A DNA stretch of 64,000 bases from an uncultured Gemmatimonadales bacterium (GTDB lineage: Bacteria; Gemmatimonadota; Gemmatimonadetes; Longimicrobiales; RSA9): NCBI GenBank assembly GCA_963816355.1, contig CAWFKH010000001.1, positions 448,001 through 512,000 of the forward strand. The letters are read 5' to 3'. The notes beneath the pieces are model-generated. The model was given only the letters and a program-made list of their open reading frames with translations. It was not told where the DNA came from and did no database searches. Numbering within the stretch: position 1 is the stretch's first letter; each line of letters opens with the position of its first letter. The translations under genes and the position numbers were made by a program. Shown here in pieces: positions 55,569 through 64,000 of the stretch.

Positions 55569-55607
55569 GCCGCGGCGGTAACGCGCGAGGCTGAGCCGGC
55601 GGTGGTA
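55556..55607 (+). repeat. Tandem duplication spanning a stop codon
   Basis: CGCGCGAGGCTGAGCCG at 55556-55572 and 55582-55598. Confidence 0.75.
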
Positions 55608-55673
55608 TCGCGCCGCGCCCCGCCGCGGCCTATCCTATCTCGACGCGACACTCCAGCCAGCGAGGAACGAGAG

Positions 55674-57038
55674 ATGAGCAAGGTCGGCGACTACATCGAT
55701 GCCAATCTGGGACGCTTCCGCGAGGAGCTCTTCGAATTCCTCCGCATCCCCAGCGTGAGCGCCAGCAGCCGCCACCGCGAGGACACCGCGAAGTGCGCGG
55801 AATGGCTCGCCCAGCGGATGCGCGACGCCGGCCTGAGCGCGTCCGTCGAGGCGACCGCGGGCCATCCGATCGTCGTGGGAGAGTGGCGCGAGGCGGGCCC
55901 CGACGCGCCCACCGTGCTCGTGTACGGGCACTACGACGTGCAGCCGCCCGAGCCGCTCGCGTTGTGGACGACGCCGCCGTTCGAGCCCGCGGTGCGCGAC
56001 GGCCGCATTTACGCCCGCGGCTCCGTGGACGACAAGGGCCAGCTCTGGCTCCACATCAAGGCGATCGAGGCGCACCTGCGTGCGAACGGACGGCTGCCGG
56101 TCAACGTGGTCGTCATCGCGGAGGGCGAGGAGGAGGTCGGCAGCGACAACCTGATGCCGTTCGTGCGTCGCAACACGGAGCGCCTCGCGGCCGACGCGGT
56201 CGTCATCTCCGATTCGACGATGGTCGCGCCCGACGTGCCGACCCTCGGCGCTTCCCTGCGCGGCATGACCTACTTCGAGCTGCGTGCCCGCGGCCCCTCG
56301 CACGACCTCCACTCCGGCTCCTACGGCGGCGCGGTGGTCAACCCGGCGACGGCGCTCGCCCGCATCATCGCGTCGTGCCACGACGAGAACTGGCACATCA
56401 CGATCCCGGGCTTCTACGATCGCGTGCAGCCGATGGAGGAGTTCCGCCGCGAGATGGCCGGCCTGCCCTATGACGAGGGCGAGTTCCTCGCCGAGACCGG
56501 GGCGCCCGCCGCGATCGGCGAGAAGGGCTACACCACGCGCGAACGCATCTGCGTACGGCCGACGCTCGAGGTCAACGGCCTGCTCTCCGGCTACACGGGC
56601 GAGGGATCGAAGACGGTCCTGCCTTCCACCGCCATGGCGAAGGTGAGCTGCCGGCTCGTCCCCGATCAGGATCCGGACGAGATCGCGCGCCTCTTCGTCG
56701 AGCACGTCCGCCGGGTCACGCCGGACGGCGTCTCGGTCGAGGTCGAAACGCTGCACACCGGCCGGCCCTGGGTCGCCAACATCGAGGGCCGCCTCTACGA
56801 CGCCGGCCGCCGCGCGCTCGAGCGCGCCTTCGGCAAGCCCGCGGTCGCCGCCGGCGAGGGCGGATCGATCCCGATCGTGCCGGAATTCGAGGAGGTGCTC
56901 GGCGCGCCCGTGCTGCTTCTCGGCTTCGGGCTTCCCGGCGAGAACGCGCACGCTCCGGACGAGTGGCTGAGCGTGGAGTGCTTCGAGAAGGGGACGCACG
57001 CCGCAGCGGCGTTCCTCGAGGAGTACGCCGCCGGCTAG
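55674..57038 (+). CDS. M20-family dipeptidase
   Basis: YGHYDVQP, RGSVDDKGQ, EGEEEVGS, DLHSG and NAHAPDE motifs. Confidence 0.93.
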   Translation: MSKVGDYIDANLGRFREELFEFLRIPSVSASSRHREDTAKCAEWLAQRMRDAGLSASVEATAGHPIVVGEWREAGPDAPTVLVYGHYDVQPPEPLALWTTPPFEPAVRDGRIYARGSVDDKGQLWLHIKAIEAHLRANGRLPVNVVVIAEGEEEVGSDNLMPFVRRNTERLAADAVVISDSTMVAPDVPTLGASLRGMTYFELRARGPSHDLHSGSYGGAVVNPATALARIIASCHDENWHITIPGFYDRVQPMEEFRREMAGLPYDEGEFLAETGAPAAIGEKGYTTRERICVRPTLEVNGLLSGYTGEGSKTVLPSTAMAKVSCRLVPDQDPDEIARLFVEHVRRVTPDGVSVEVETLHTGRPWVANIEGRLYDAGRRALERAFGKPAVAAGEGGSIPIVPEFEEVLGAPVLLLGFGLPGENAHAPDEWLSVECFEKGTHAAAAFLEEYAAG

Positions 57039-57051
57039 CAGCGCGTCGCGA

Positions 57052-57822
57052 TTACGGCGCGGCGACTCCCATCGGCGCCGCCGCGCCGGCGCTGCCCCGG
57101 TCCCACTCGCGCAGCAGGCGCCGGCGCTCGCGCGCCACGACCTCCGGATACTGCCTGCAATTCGGCGTGTTGGTGCCGTGGACGCAGCCGTTGTAGCCGA
57201 GCAGCGCGCGGCGGAAGTCGTTGTCGTAGTGTTGCAGGTACCAGGCGAGGATGCTGGTGCCGTTGCACAGGTTGTCGTCGATGTCGTAGAGATCGACGCC
57301 GCAGCCGCGCCAGCGGCCGCGGTGCACCGGCATGATCTGCATGAGGCCGCGCGCCCCCACGGAGCTGGTGGCGTGCGGTCTCGCGTCGCTCTCGACCAGC
57401 ATCACCGCGACGATCGTGGCGGGATCGATGCCGGTGCGGCTCGCGTTCTCGACGATCGGCCACGCGAGCCGGCGGGCGAGGTCCCGGCGTACGCCCCGGC
57501 GGCGGAGCGAGCGCTCGACCGGCGCCACCTGGTTGCGGTAGAGCGCCACGAACGACGCGGTCTCGCGACCCTCGTTCCGCACTTCCGCCATGTAGCCGTC
57601 GAGGCGGTCGATGTGGAGCGGAGCGACGCGGGCGCTCGCGCGGACCGGCGTTCCGGCCGGCAGCGCGAGCGCGCGAGTGGTGATCCTGCCGAGCCCGAGG
57701 CCGGCGAGGAGGAGCAAGGGGGCCGCCACGGGCACCACGAGGACGCGCTTGACCAGCCGCTCGATCTCCGCGATGAGATCCGTGCGCGTGCCGCCGTCGG
57801 CGCGCGATCGGAACAGCGTCAT
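57052..57822 (-). CDS. SLT-domain lytic transglycosylase (paralog of 30884-31624)
   Basis: VMLVES, GARGLMQIMP and LLGYNG motifs. Confidence 0.88.
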   Translation of the reverse strand: MTLFRSRADGGTRTDLIAEIERLVKRVLVVPVAAPLLLLAGLGLGRITTRALALPAGTPVRASARVAPLHIDRLDGYMAEVRNEGRETASFVALYRNQVAPVERSLRRRGVRRDLARRLAWPIVENASRTGIDPATIVAVMLVESDARPHATSSVGARGLMQIMPVHRGRWRGCGVDLYDIDDNLCNGTSILAWYLQHYDNDFRRALLGYNGCVHGTNTPNCRQYPEVVARERRRLLREWDRGSAGAAAPMGVAAP

Positions 57823-57918
57823 TCGGGGGTTCGTGTTCGACGTGATGAAGCGGGCAAGAAAAATCTGTCATCGAACGCGGGCCGCCGCAACCCTGCGGCG
57901 CATCTTCGGCCGCCGCGC

Positions 57919-57963
57919 GTCAGGCCCGCGCGGCGTCGTCAGGCCCCGCGCGGCGTCGTCAGG
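57919..57963. repeat. 19-20-bp tandem repeat at the hslO stop
   Basis: GTCAGGCCC(C)GCGCGGCGTC twice, followed by GTCAGG. Confidence 0.75.
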
Positions 57964-58852
57964 AGGCGCCGCGGATCAGCGTTTCCAGGGCCGCGGGTTC
58001 GAAGCGGTAGGCCTCCGCGCAGAACTCGCACGTCAGGTCGGTGAAGCCGCGCTCCGCGGCTTCGTCGGTGATGCTCCGCAGCTCCTCGTGGCCCAGCGCG
58101 ATGAGCGCGCGCTCGGCGCGTTCCCGGCTGCAGGGGCAACGGAAGCGGACGGCGGTGCGGTCGAGGACGGCGAAGCGGTCGTCGAAGATACGGCGGAGCA
58201 TCTGCTCCGGGGAGTCGCCGTCGCGCAGCATCCGAGTGGGGTGCGGCAACTCGCGGATGGTGCGCTCGATCGACGCCACGTCCTCCTCGGCGAGGCCGGG
58301 CAGCAGCTGGACGATGTAGCCGCCGGCCGCCTCGACCGAGCCGTCGGCGCGGACGAACACGCCGATCCCGACCGCGGACGGCACCTGCTCGCTCTGCGCC
58401 AGGTAGTAGGCGATGTCCTCTCCGACCTCGCCAGACACGATCTCGACCGAGCTGGAGTACGGGTGCCGCAGCCCGAGATCGCGCATCACGCCGAGGCGGC
58501 CGCGGGTGCCGACCACGCCCGATACATTGAGCTTGCCGTCGCGCACCTGCTCGACATCCGGCCGCGGGTTGGCGATGAGGCCGCGCACGTCGCCTGCGGC
58601 GTTCGCGGTGGCGAGCAGCGTACCGCCGGGTCCATCGCCCTGGATGCGCAGCGAGACCGACTGGTCGGCTTTCTTCAGCATCGCCGCGAGCAGCAGCGCG
58701 GCGGTGGCGGTACGGCCGAGCGCGGCGGTGGGGGCAGGGTCGGTTCCGTGGCGGCGGTGCAGCTCCGCGACGACCGGCGTGGAGTCGATGGAAAAGGCGC
58801 GGACGCGGTCGTCCAGCGCCGTGGCGCGGACCATGTAGCCGGGTCGGATCAT
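57959..58852 (-). CDS. hslO: Hsp33 redox-regulated chaperone
   Basis: YYLAQSEQVPS and AGGYIVQLLP motifs; CPC...CEFC zinc motif. Confidence 0.95.
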   Translation of the reverse strand: MIRPGYMVRATALDDRVRAFSIDSTPVVAELHRRHGTDPAPTAALGRTATAALLLAAMLKKADQSVSLRIQGDGPGGTLLATANAAGDVRGLIANPRPDVEQVRDGKLNVSGVVGTRGRLGVMRDLGLRHPYSSSVEIVSGEVGEDIAYYLAQSEQVPSAVGIGVFVRADGSVEAAGGYIVQLLPGLAEEDVASIERTIRELPHPTRMLRDGDSPEQMLRRIFDDRFAVLDRTAVRFRCPCSRERAERALIALGHEELRSITDEAAERGFTDLTCEFCAEAYRFEPAALETLIRGAS

Positions 58853-59235
58853 CAGGCCCAGTCGCCCTCGACCACCTTGTCCTCGCGTACGAGGACCAGG
58901 ATCGCGGCCTGCGGCACGACGAGGTAGCGGGTGCCGTCGAACGTGATCTCGACGGCCGCGCGGCGGAAGAAGATCGCGTAGTCGCCCGGCTGCGCCTGCA
59001 CGGGAAGGTAGCGCGCCTCGCCGCTGCCGATCTTCCACGGCTCCTCGTTCAGCTCGGTCGGCGCAGACACCGGCGTGCCGGGTCCGGTGGCGACGACGGT
59101 GCCGGCCTGGACCGCCTGGTTGTCCACGGCGCTCGGCGGCAGGTAGAGGCCGACCCGGCTGCGCTCCTCGCCCTCCTCCGGCGTGACCAGGATGCGGTCG
59201 CCGACGACGATCAGCTGCTTTCCGTCACGTTTCAT
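58852..59235 (-). CDS. GroES-family co-chaperone (orphan, with insertion)
   Basis: GDRILV, GLYLP and GTVVATGPG motifs. Confidence 0.82.
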   Translation of the reverse strand: MKRDGKQLIVVGDRILVTPEEGEERSRVGLYLPPSAVDNQAVQAGTVVATGPGTPVSAPTELNEEPWKIGSGEARYLPVQAQPGDYAIFFRRAAVEITFDGTRYLVVPQAAILVLVREDKVVEGDWA

Positions 59236-59373
59236 GGCTCGAAATATGACCGGCGCCGATTCCGACGCAAGCGACGCATCGGGCCATGGCCGCGCCCCTC
59301 GGTCGCCTCCATCATCGACGACGGCCCCGCGTCGAGCGTGGGCGCAAGACCGCCATCGCAGGAGGCGCGAGGC

Positions 59374-59595
59374 ATGGCAGCGGGAAAGGGCGCGAAGCGG
59401 GTTCGCGAGCCGGCGCGGCGGGCGCGGCGGCGGGCGTTCACATTCGAGTTGAATCCGGAGCTCGTCGAGCGGGCGCGGCGCGAGGTGGCCGAGGGGGACG
59501 TCGTCCGCAGCATCGAGGCTGCGCTCGCCGCCGCGATCGACTATCAGCTCTGGGTGCGCGAGGTGCGGCGCGGCGAACGCCCGATCCTCTCCTGA
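59374..59595 (+). CDS. Small hypothetical protein, possibly ribbon-helix-helix
   Basis: AFTFELNPELVERAR...IEAALAAAI pattern; GGAGG and GAGG upstream. Confidence 0.55.
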   Translation: MAAGKGAKRVREPARRARRRAFTFELNPELVERARREVAEGDVVRSIEAALAAAIDYQLWVREVRRGERPILS

Positions 59596-59598
59596 GTC

Positions 59599-60675
59599 TC
59601 AGCGGCGGCTCCAGCGCACGCCGAAGCGATGGACGGCGCCGAAGAAGTCCAGGTTCTGGTAGGAGTAGTCGAGATTGAAGGCGCCGTAGGCGAGGCCCGC
59701 ACCGAGGTGCAGCTTGCCGCCGAGGCCGTCGGAGCCGGACGCCGTCGAGTAGCCGATGCGGGCGACGGCGCCGATCTCGCCCGCGCCGTCGGGAAGACGC
59801 CCCACCTCGAGACCGCCCGCCACGCCGTTGCCGCCGTGGAAGCCGAGGATGCCGTCGGCGTTGACGTTGGCGCCGACGGTGCCGGTGAGCGGCAGGTGGA
59901 ACGAGGCGCCGACGCTCGCCTGACCGGGGAGGTCCGCGTCGCCCGGCCCGGATAGCTTGCCGCCGATGTTGCGGGCGGCGACGCCGAAGGTGGCGAACGG
60001 ACCGGCGTCGACCTGCAGGCCGGCGCCGAAGTAGGGCGCGGAGTGGGTGGTGCCGGCGAGGTCGCTGGAGACGTAGCCGGCGGAGACGCCGACGCGCGCG
60101 GCGAGCCCGAGCGTCGTGGAGAGCGAGAGTGCCGCAGCGGTCTCGCCGGCGGACGCGGTGGCGCCGGTGGGGAGCCCGCGCTCGCCGCCGAAGGCCGGGT
60201 CGGGCTCGAGCACGTCGACCTTGCCCGCGTCGAGGTAGCTGACGGCCGCACCGAGCACGAATCGGCCCGCGCTCAGCGCGCCGGCTGCGGATCCGAGCGT
60301 GATGCCGGCGACGTACGATTCGTAGGAGAGGCCGACGGCGGTGGTGATCGACGCGGCGCCGGCCGGGTTGTAGAAGAGGGCATCGATGTCGCCGACCTCG
60401 GCGGTGTAGGCGCCGGCGAGGCCGACGGCGCGGCTGCCGGCGGGGAGCTGGAGGACGGCGGCGCCGGCGGTGCCGGTCCGGTCCTGGGCCCGCGCGGCCG
60501 AGGGCAGCGCGAGCAGCAGCAGGGCCGCGGCGCACCCGAGCCGCCGTGGCGTCGCGCCCCTGAGGAGCAGCGCCGCGGCGCCCCGGAGCAGCGGCGCCGG
60601 GCGGGCTGGCGTGTCCCGTACGGCGGGGTTTCGGCCGGGCGGGGTCGGTCGCGGCTTGCGAGCGGTTGCGAACAT
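59599..60675 (-). CDS. PorV/PorQ-like outer-membrane beta-barrel
   Basis: LQLPAGSRAVGLAGA, ALFYNPAG and DYSY...HRFG motifs; RBS GGAGGAG. Confidence 0.78.
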   Translation of the reverse strand: MFATARKPRPTPPGRNPAVRDTPARPAPLLRGAAALLLRGATPRRLGCAAALLLLALPSAARAQDRTGTAGAAVLQLPAGSRAVGLAGAYTAEVGDIDALFYNPAGAASITTAVGLSYESYVAGITLGSAAGALSAGRFVLGAAVSYLDAGKVDVLEPDPAFGGERGLPTGATASAGETAAALSLSTTLGLAARVGVSAGYVSSDLAGTTHSAPYFGAGLQVDAGPFATFGVAARNIGGKLSGPGDADLPGQASVGASFHLPLTGTVGANVNADGILGFHGGNGVAGGLEVGRLPDGAGEIGAVARIGYSTASGSDGLGGKLHLGAGLAYGAFNLDYSYQNLDFFGAVHRFGVRWSRR

Positions 60676-60677
60676 GT

Positions 60678-63503
60678 TCACTCCTCCCCGGAAGGCGCGA
60701 CGGCGCTGCGCTCGCCGGTGACGATCAGTTTTTGCGTGATGCGGCGCCCCTCCACCTCTACGACGAGGAGGTAGACGCCCGGGGCGACGGGCCGGTCGCC
60801 ATCGTTGGTGAGCGTCCAGACGGCGCGGAAATCGGTGGACATGCCGTGAGTCAGGTCGACGACGCGGCGTCCGGCCAGGGTGTAGATCGCCGCGCGCGTG
60901 GGCCGGCTTTTGAAGCTGAACACGACGCGGGCGGAGCGGATCGGATTCTCGCTCATCGCGAACACCTCGTCGCCCCGCAGCACGGTGGTGCGAACCGGCA
61001 GGGAAGCGACCGGCGCCGGCGGCTGCCGGGTCATCCACGCGACTTTCGACTCCTCGCCGGCGCTGCGGAGTCCGGCGGGGTCGTACGTCAGCCGCACGGT
61101 CGATCCGTTCGGCGCACCGCCGCCGCCCATCTCGACGAAGGCGACGAGGTTCAGCGAGCCGGAGCGCGGCACGAGCAGGGAGTCGACATCGACCGTCACG
61201 GCGCGGGAGCCGACGTCGCCCGCGGCCGCGGATGTGCCGAGGATCGGCTCCTGGCCGGTGAGGCTGCCGTCGCCGTTCTCGTCGAGGCCGACGCCGACGC
61301 GCGCCTGCGGATCGGAGCCGTCGACGAGGAAGCCGAGCTGGTAGACGACGACGCCTTCGGGGCCGCTCGCGGCGAGGCCGAGGCGGATGAGCGGGAGGCG
61401 GGTGCCCGCGGCGCTGCTGCTTCCGTCCGCGGGCGTGATCGGCTGCGCCGTCACCGCCAGCGTCGCCGCGCCGGCGTCGGCGCCGAGGTCGGCGAGCGCG
61501 TTCTGCACGTCGAGCTTGCCCCAGCCCCAGTTGAAGTTGGGTACGCCGCCGGGGTCGCCGTCGACGTGGGAATTCTGCACGAACGCGTCGCGGCGGGCCG
61601 AGCGCGAGAAGACCGCCTTCGCCTCGTCCGGGGTGAGGGAGGGGTCGACCTGCATGAGGATCGCGAGCGCGCCCGTGACGTGCGGCGTGGCCATGCTCGT
61701 CCCCTGCAGTGCCGCGTGCGCGTTGTCGGGCGTGATCTGGATCTGCGGGAAGTTGGCGTTGCGCGAGAGCGAGGAGAGGATCAGGCTGCCGGGCGCGGCG
61801 ATCTCCGGCTTCAGTCGGCCGTCGCGGGTGGGGCCGGTCGACGAATAGTCGGCGATGTCGCCGATGGGCGCGCTCACGGTCGAGCAGGCGTCGCCGCCGA
61901 CGATGCTCGGGAAGCAGATGCGGCTCACGAACGAGCCCACCGTCACGGCTTCCCGGGCCGTTCCCGGCGAGCCCACGGTGCTGCGGTTGTCGAAGCCCTG
62001 GCCGCCGCGGGCGGAGCTGGAGATGCCGAGCGCGCTGCCGAGGATCCACATGTCCGCCGCCTCGCCGCTGGGCGCGCGCAGCGCCCGCACGCCGATCCCC
62101 CACCCGCCGGCCCGCGGCGAGCCGCTGCCGGCGCCGCAGCCGGAGATCTCGACGAACGCCTGGCGGTCCCCGTTGGCGGGGTCGAGCCCCTCCGACGCGT
62201 TGTCGATGTAGACGCCGCCCGAGAGGGCGTTGTCGCTCGCGGTGTCGCCCGGCTGCACGCCGAACGTCGTGCCGTCCGGCCGCGTCACCACGACCTCGAG
62301 GCTGTCCGCGCCGCCGTACCACATCTCCAGGACGGCGAAGTCCGCGCACGGCTGCGTACTCGGCTGGTAGCCCGGCACTACGAGCGTGGCGCTCTTCAGC
62401 GCGCCGTTCGCCGGCACCAGGCGGGCGTGGAAGCGGTGCGGCTCGATCGACGGCACGGTGTTCTGGTTGTCACCTTCGTTGCCGGCGGCGACGGCCACGA
62501 TGAAGCCGGGACCGGAGAGGCTGTCCAGGATCTGCTCGTAGACGCGGGTGCCGTCGCGCGGTCCGGACTGGCCGCCCAGCGAGAGGTTGACCGCGGCGGG
62601 CCGGCCGCGCTCCTGCGCGCGATCCTTGATCCACTTGAGCCCGGAGATGATGTCCTGCTCGAGGAAGAAGCCGTTGCCGCCCTTCACGATGAGCAGGTCG
62701 GCCTCGGGCGCGACGCCGGCGAAGGGCCGGAAGCCGCTGCCCGCCGTGGCGCCGGCCGAGCCGTCGCCGGCGGCGATCCCGGCGACGTGGGTGCCGTGGC
62801 CGGCGAGGTCGCGCTCGATGCAGCCGCCGGCGTCGGCAATCGCCGCCGCGATGGCCGCGCTGTCGCAGACGAGTCCCTTGCCGACGCCCGGTGTGGAGCC
62901 GCCGGCGGTCTGGTCCCACAAACGGAGTACGCGCGAGCGCCCGGCCGGGTCGATGAAGTCCGGGTGTCGCAGGTCGATGCCGGTGTCGTAGATGCCGACG
63001 ATGGAGCCCTTGCCGCCGAAGCCGATCCAGCCCGTCTGCACCGGCTCGCGGACGTTGCCGACGTCGATCGCCGAGCTGCTCGAGTCGTCGACGACCTTCA
63101 CCGCGTGCGCCGCCTCGATGCGGACGAAGTGGCCGGAGCGGGACAGCGCGTCGATTGCCGCGAGCGGTATGCTCGCCGCGAGCAGCCGGCCCACCGACGC
63201 CTCGACCGTGCCGCCCAGCGAGCGCACGACATCGGCGGCGCCGTCGTCGCGCGCCTCGAGGAATATGCCCACCGACACCGGGCTGCCGGAGAGCGGCTCG
63301 ATCGCCAGGTTGCCGCGGACGGCCGGAGGTGTGGACGGCGCGCCGGGCGCGGCCCGCTCGAGCTGCTCGACGGTGGCGCGGAGCGCGGGGCGGGCAAGCG
63401 CGCGCAGCCCGGGATCGACGTACGCCCCCGGCGTCTGCGCCGAGGCGGGTGCGTGGGCGAGGGTGGCGAGCGCAGCGAGGACGGCCAGTGTTGTACGACG
63501 CAC
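60678..63503 (-). CDS. Secreted S8 subtilase with T9SS/FlgD-like C-terminal domain
   Basis: Catalytic triad DTG, HGTH, GTSMA; signal peptide; C-terminal NP...IYTLAGRRV...GVYLLVV...KLIV. Confidence 0.9.
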   Translation of the reverse strand: MRRTTLAVLAALATLAHAPASAQTPGAYVDPGLRALARPALRATVEQLERAAPGAPSTPPAVRGNLAIEPLSGSPVSVGIFLEARDDGAADVVRSLGGTVEASVGRLLAASIPLAAIDALSRSGHFVRIEAAHAVKVVDDSSSSAIDVGNVREPVQTGWIGFGGKGSIVGIYDTGIDLRHPDFIDPAGRSRVLRLWDQTAGGSTPGVGKGLVCDSAAIAAAIADAGGCIERDLAGHGTHVAGIAAGDGSAGATAGSGFRPFAGVAPEADLLIVKGGNGFFLEQDIISGLKWIKDRAQERGRPAAVNLSLGGQSGPRDGTRVYEQILDSLSGPGFIVAVAAGNEGDNQNTVPSIEPHRFHARLVPANGALKSATLVVPGYQPSTQPCADFAVLEMWYGGADSLEVVVTRPDGTTFGVQPGDTASDNALSGGVYIDNASEGLDPANGDRQAFVEISGCGAGSGSPRAGGWGIGVRALRAPSGEAADMWILGSALGISSSARGGQGFDNRSTVGSPGTAREAVTVGSFVSRICFPSIVGGDACSTVSAPIGDIADYSSTGPTRDGRLKPEIAAPGSLILSSLSRNANFPQIQITPDNAHAALQGTSMATPHVTGALAILMQVDPSLTPDEAKAVFSRSARRDAFVQNSHVDGDPGGVPNFNWGWGKLDVQNALADLGADAGAATLAVTAQPITPADGSSSAAGTRLPLIRLGLAASGPEGVVVYQLGFLVDGSDPQARVGVGLDENGDGSLTGQEPILGTSAAAGDVGSRAVTVDVDSLLVPRSGSLNLVAFVEMGGGGAPNGSTVRLTYDPAGLRSAGEESKVAWMTRQPPAPVASLPVRTTVLRGDEVFAMSENPIRSARVVFSFKSRPTRAAIYTLAGRRVVDLTHGMSTDFRAVWTLTNDGDRPVAPGVYLLVVEVEGRRITQKLIVTGERSAVAPSGEE

Positions 63504-63561
63504 CTTGTGACTCCGGTGGTGGGGGTGATGCGCGAATCGGGCGGCGGGTGGGGCGCGTTCC

Positions 63562-64000
63562 CTACTCCGTCGCGGACGGCGAGGGCGCCAGGAGGATCCC
63601 GTTCTCGAGCCAGAGGTGCTCGCCGCCGAGCACCTGCTGCGCAACGCGATAGTTGCGGGCGTCGTCGTTGCCGAAGACGCCGCGGAAGCTGGCGGCGATG
63701 CGGCGCCGCGCACCGCGGCAGAACGTGTCCGCGAGGGTGATCGGGCTCCGGTCGTCGCGCTCTTCCGCGGCGCGGTCGAGCGCGTAGGTGCAGACGGCGG
63801 AGATGGCGAAGATCTCGGCGCCGATGTCGACGAGGCGGAAGAGCGTGGACTGCTTCTTCTCGAGGCTCGCGCCGTAGCGGGCCATGACGTAGGCGAGCGT
63901 GCGCGCGAGCTTGCGCGCCGCGCGGGCGGCGTAGCGGAGCTGGGGGGCGAGCGGGCCGAAGTCGCCGCGCGGCCGCCCGCCGAGGCCGGGCAGGTTGCCG
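63562..64000 (-). CDS. Acyl-CoA dehydrogenase family, C-terminal fragment
   Basis: MARYGASLEKKQSTLFRLVDIGAEIFAISA; the frame begins beyond the window edge. Confidence 0.7.
   Translation of the reverse strand, partial: GNLPGLGGRPRGDFGPLAPQLRYAARAARKLARTLAYVMARYGASLEKKQSTLFRLVDIGAEIFAISAVCTYALDRAAEERDDRSPITLADTFCRGARRRIAASFRGVFGNDDARNYRVAQQVLGGEHLWLENGILLAPSPSATE

Overview
A gene-dense, very GC-rich (roughly 75% by eye) bacterial chromosomal window. The gene content suggests Gemmatimonadota or a related FCB-group lineage; this is inference only. About 58 CDS are supportable. I found no rRNA, tRNA, CRISPR array or transposase. In order, the window holds: partial mutY sharing a CATG with a divergent VWA gene; two secreted VPS10/BNR beta-propeller proteins; ABC and PAP2 genes; an orphan MshEN-GspE/PilB ATPase; a prkA-(Zn ribbon)-yeaH-spoVR operon; an NtrYX-like sigma-54 two-component locus with an outer-membrane barrel gene; a YyaL-luxE-luxC fatty-acyl reductase locus; an AbrB-like gene and a lytic transglycosylase separated by a DnaA-box cluster; a gas-vesicle cluster (34.2-39.9 kb); a complete alternative complex III actABCDEF; housekeeping genes; an orphan GroES-hslO pair; and a subtilase plus PorV-like gene. 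The best candidate for an undescribed system is the gas-vesicle cluster. It lacks gvpN/O/C, carries instead an asymmetric tandem ArsA/GET3-like ATPase, and is flanked by two histidine kinases with no adjacent response regulator. All family calls come from motif recognition by eye, not database searches.
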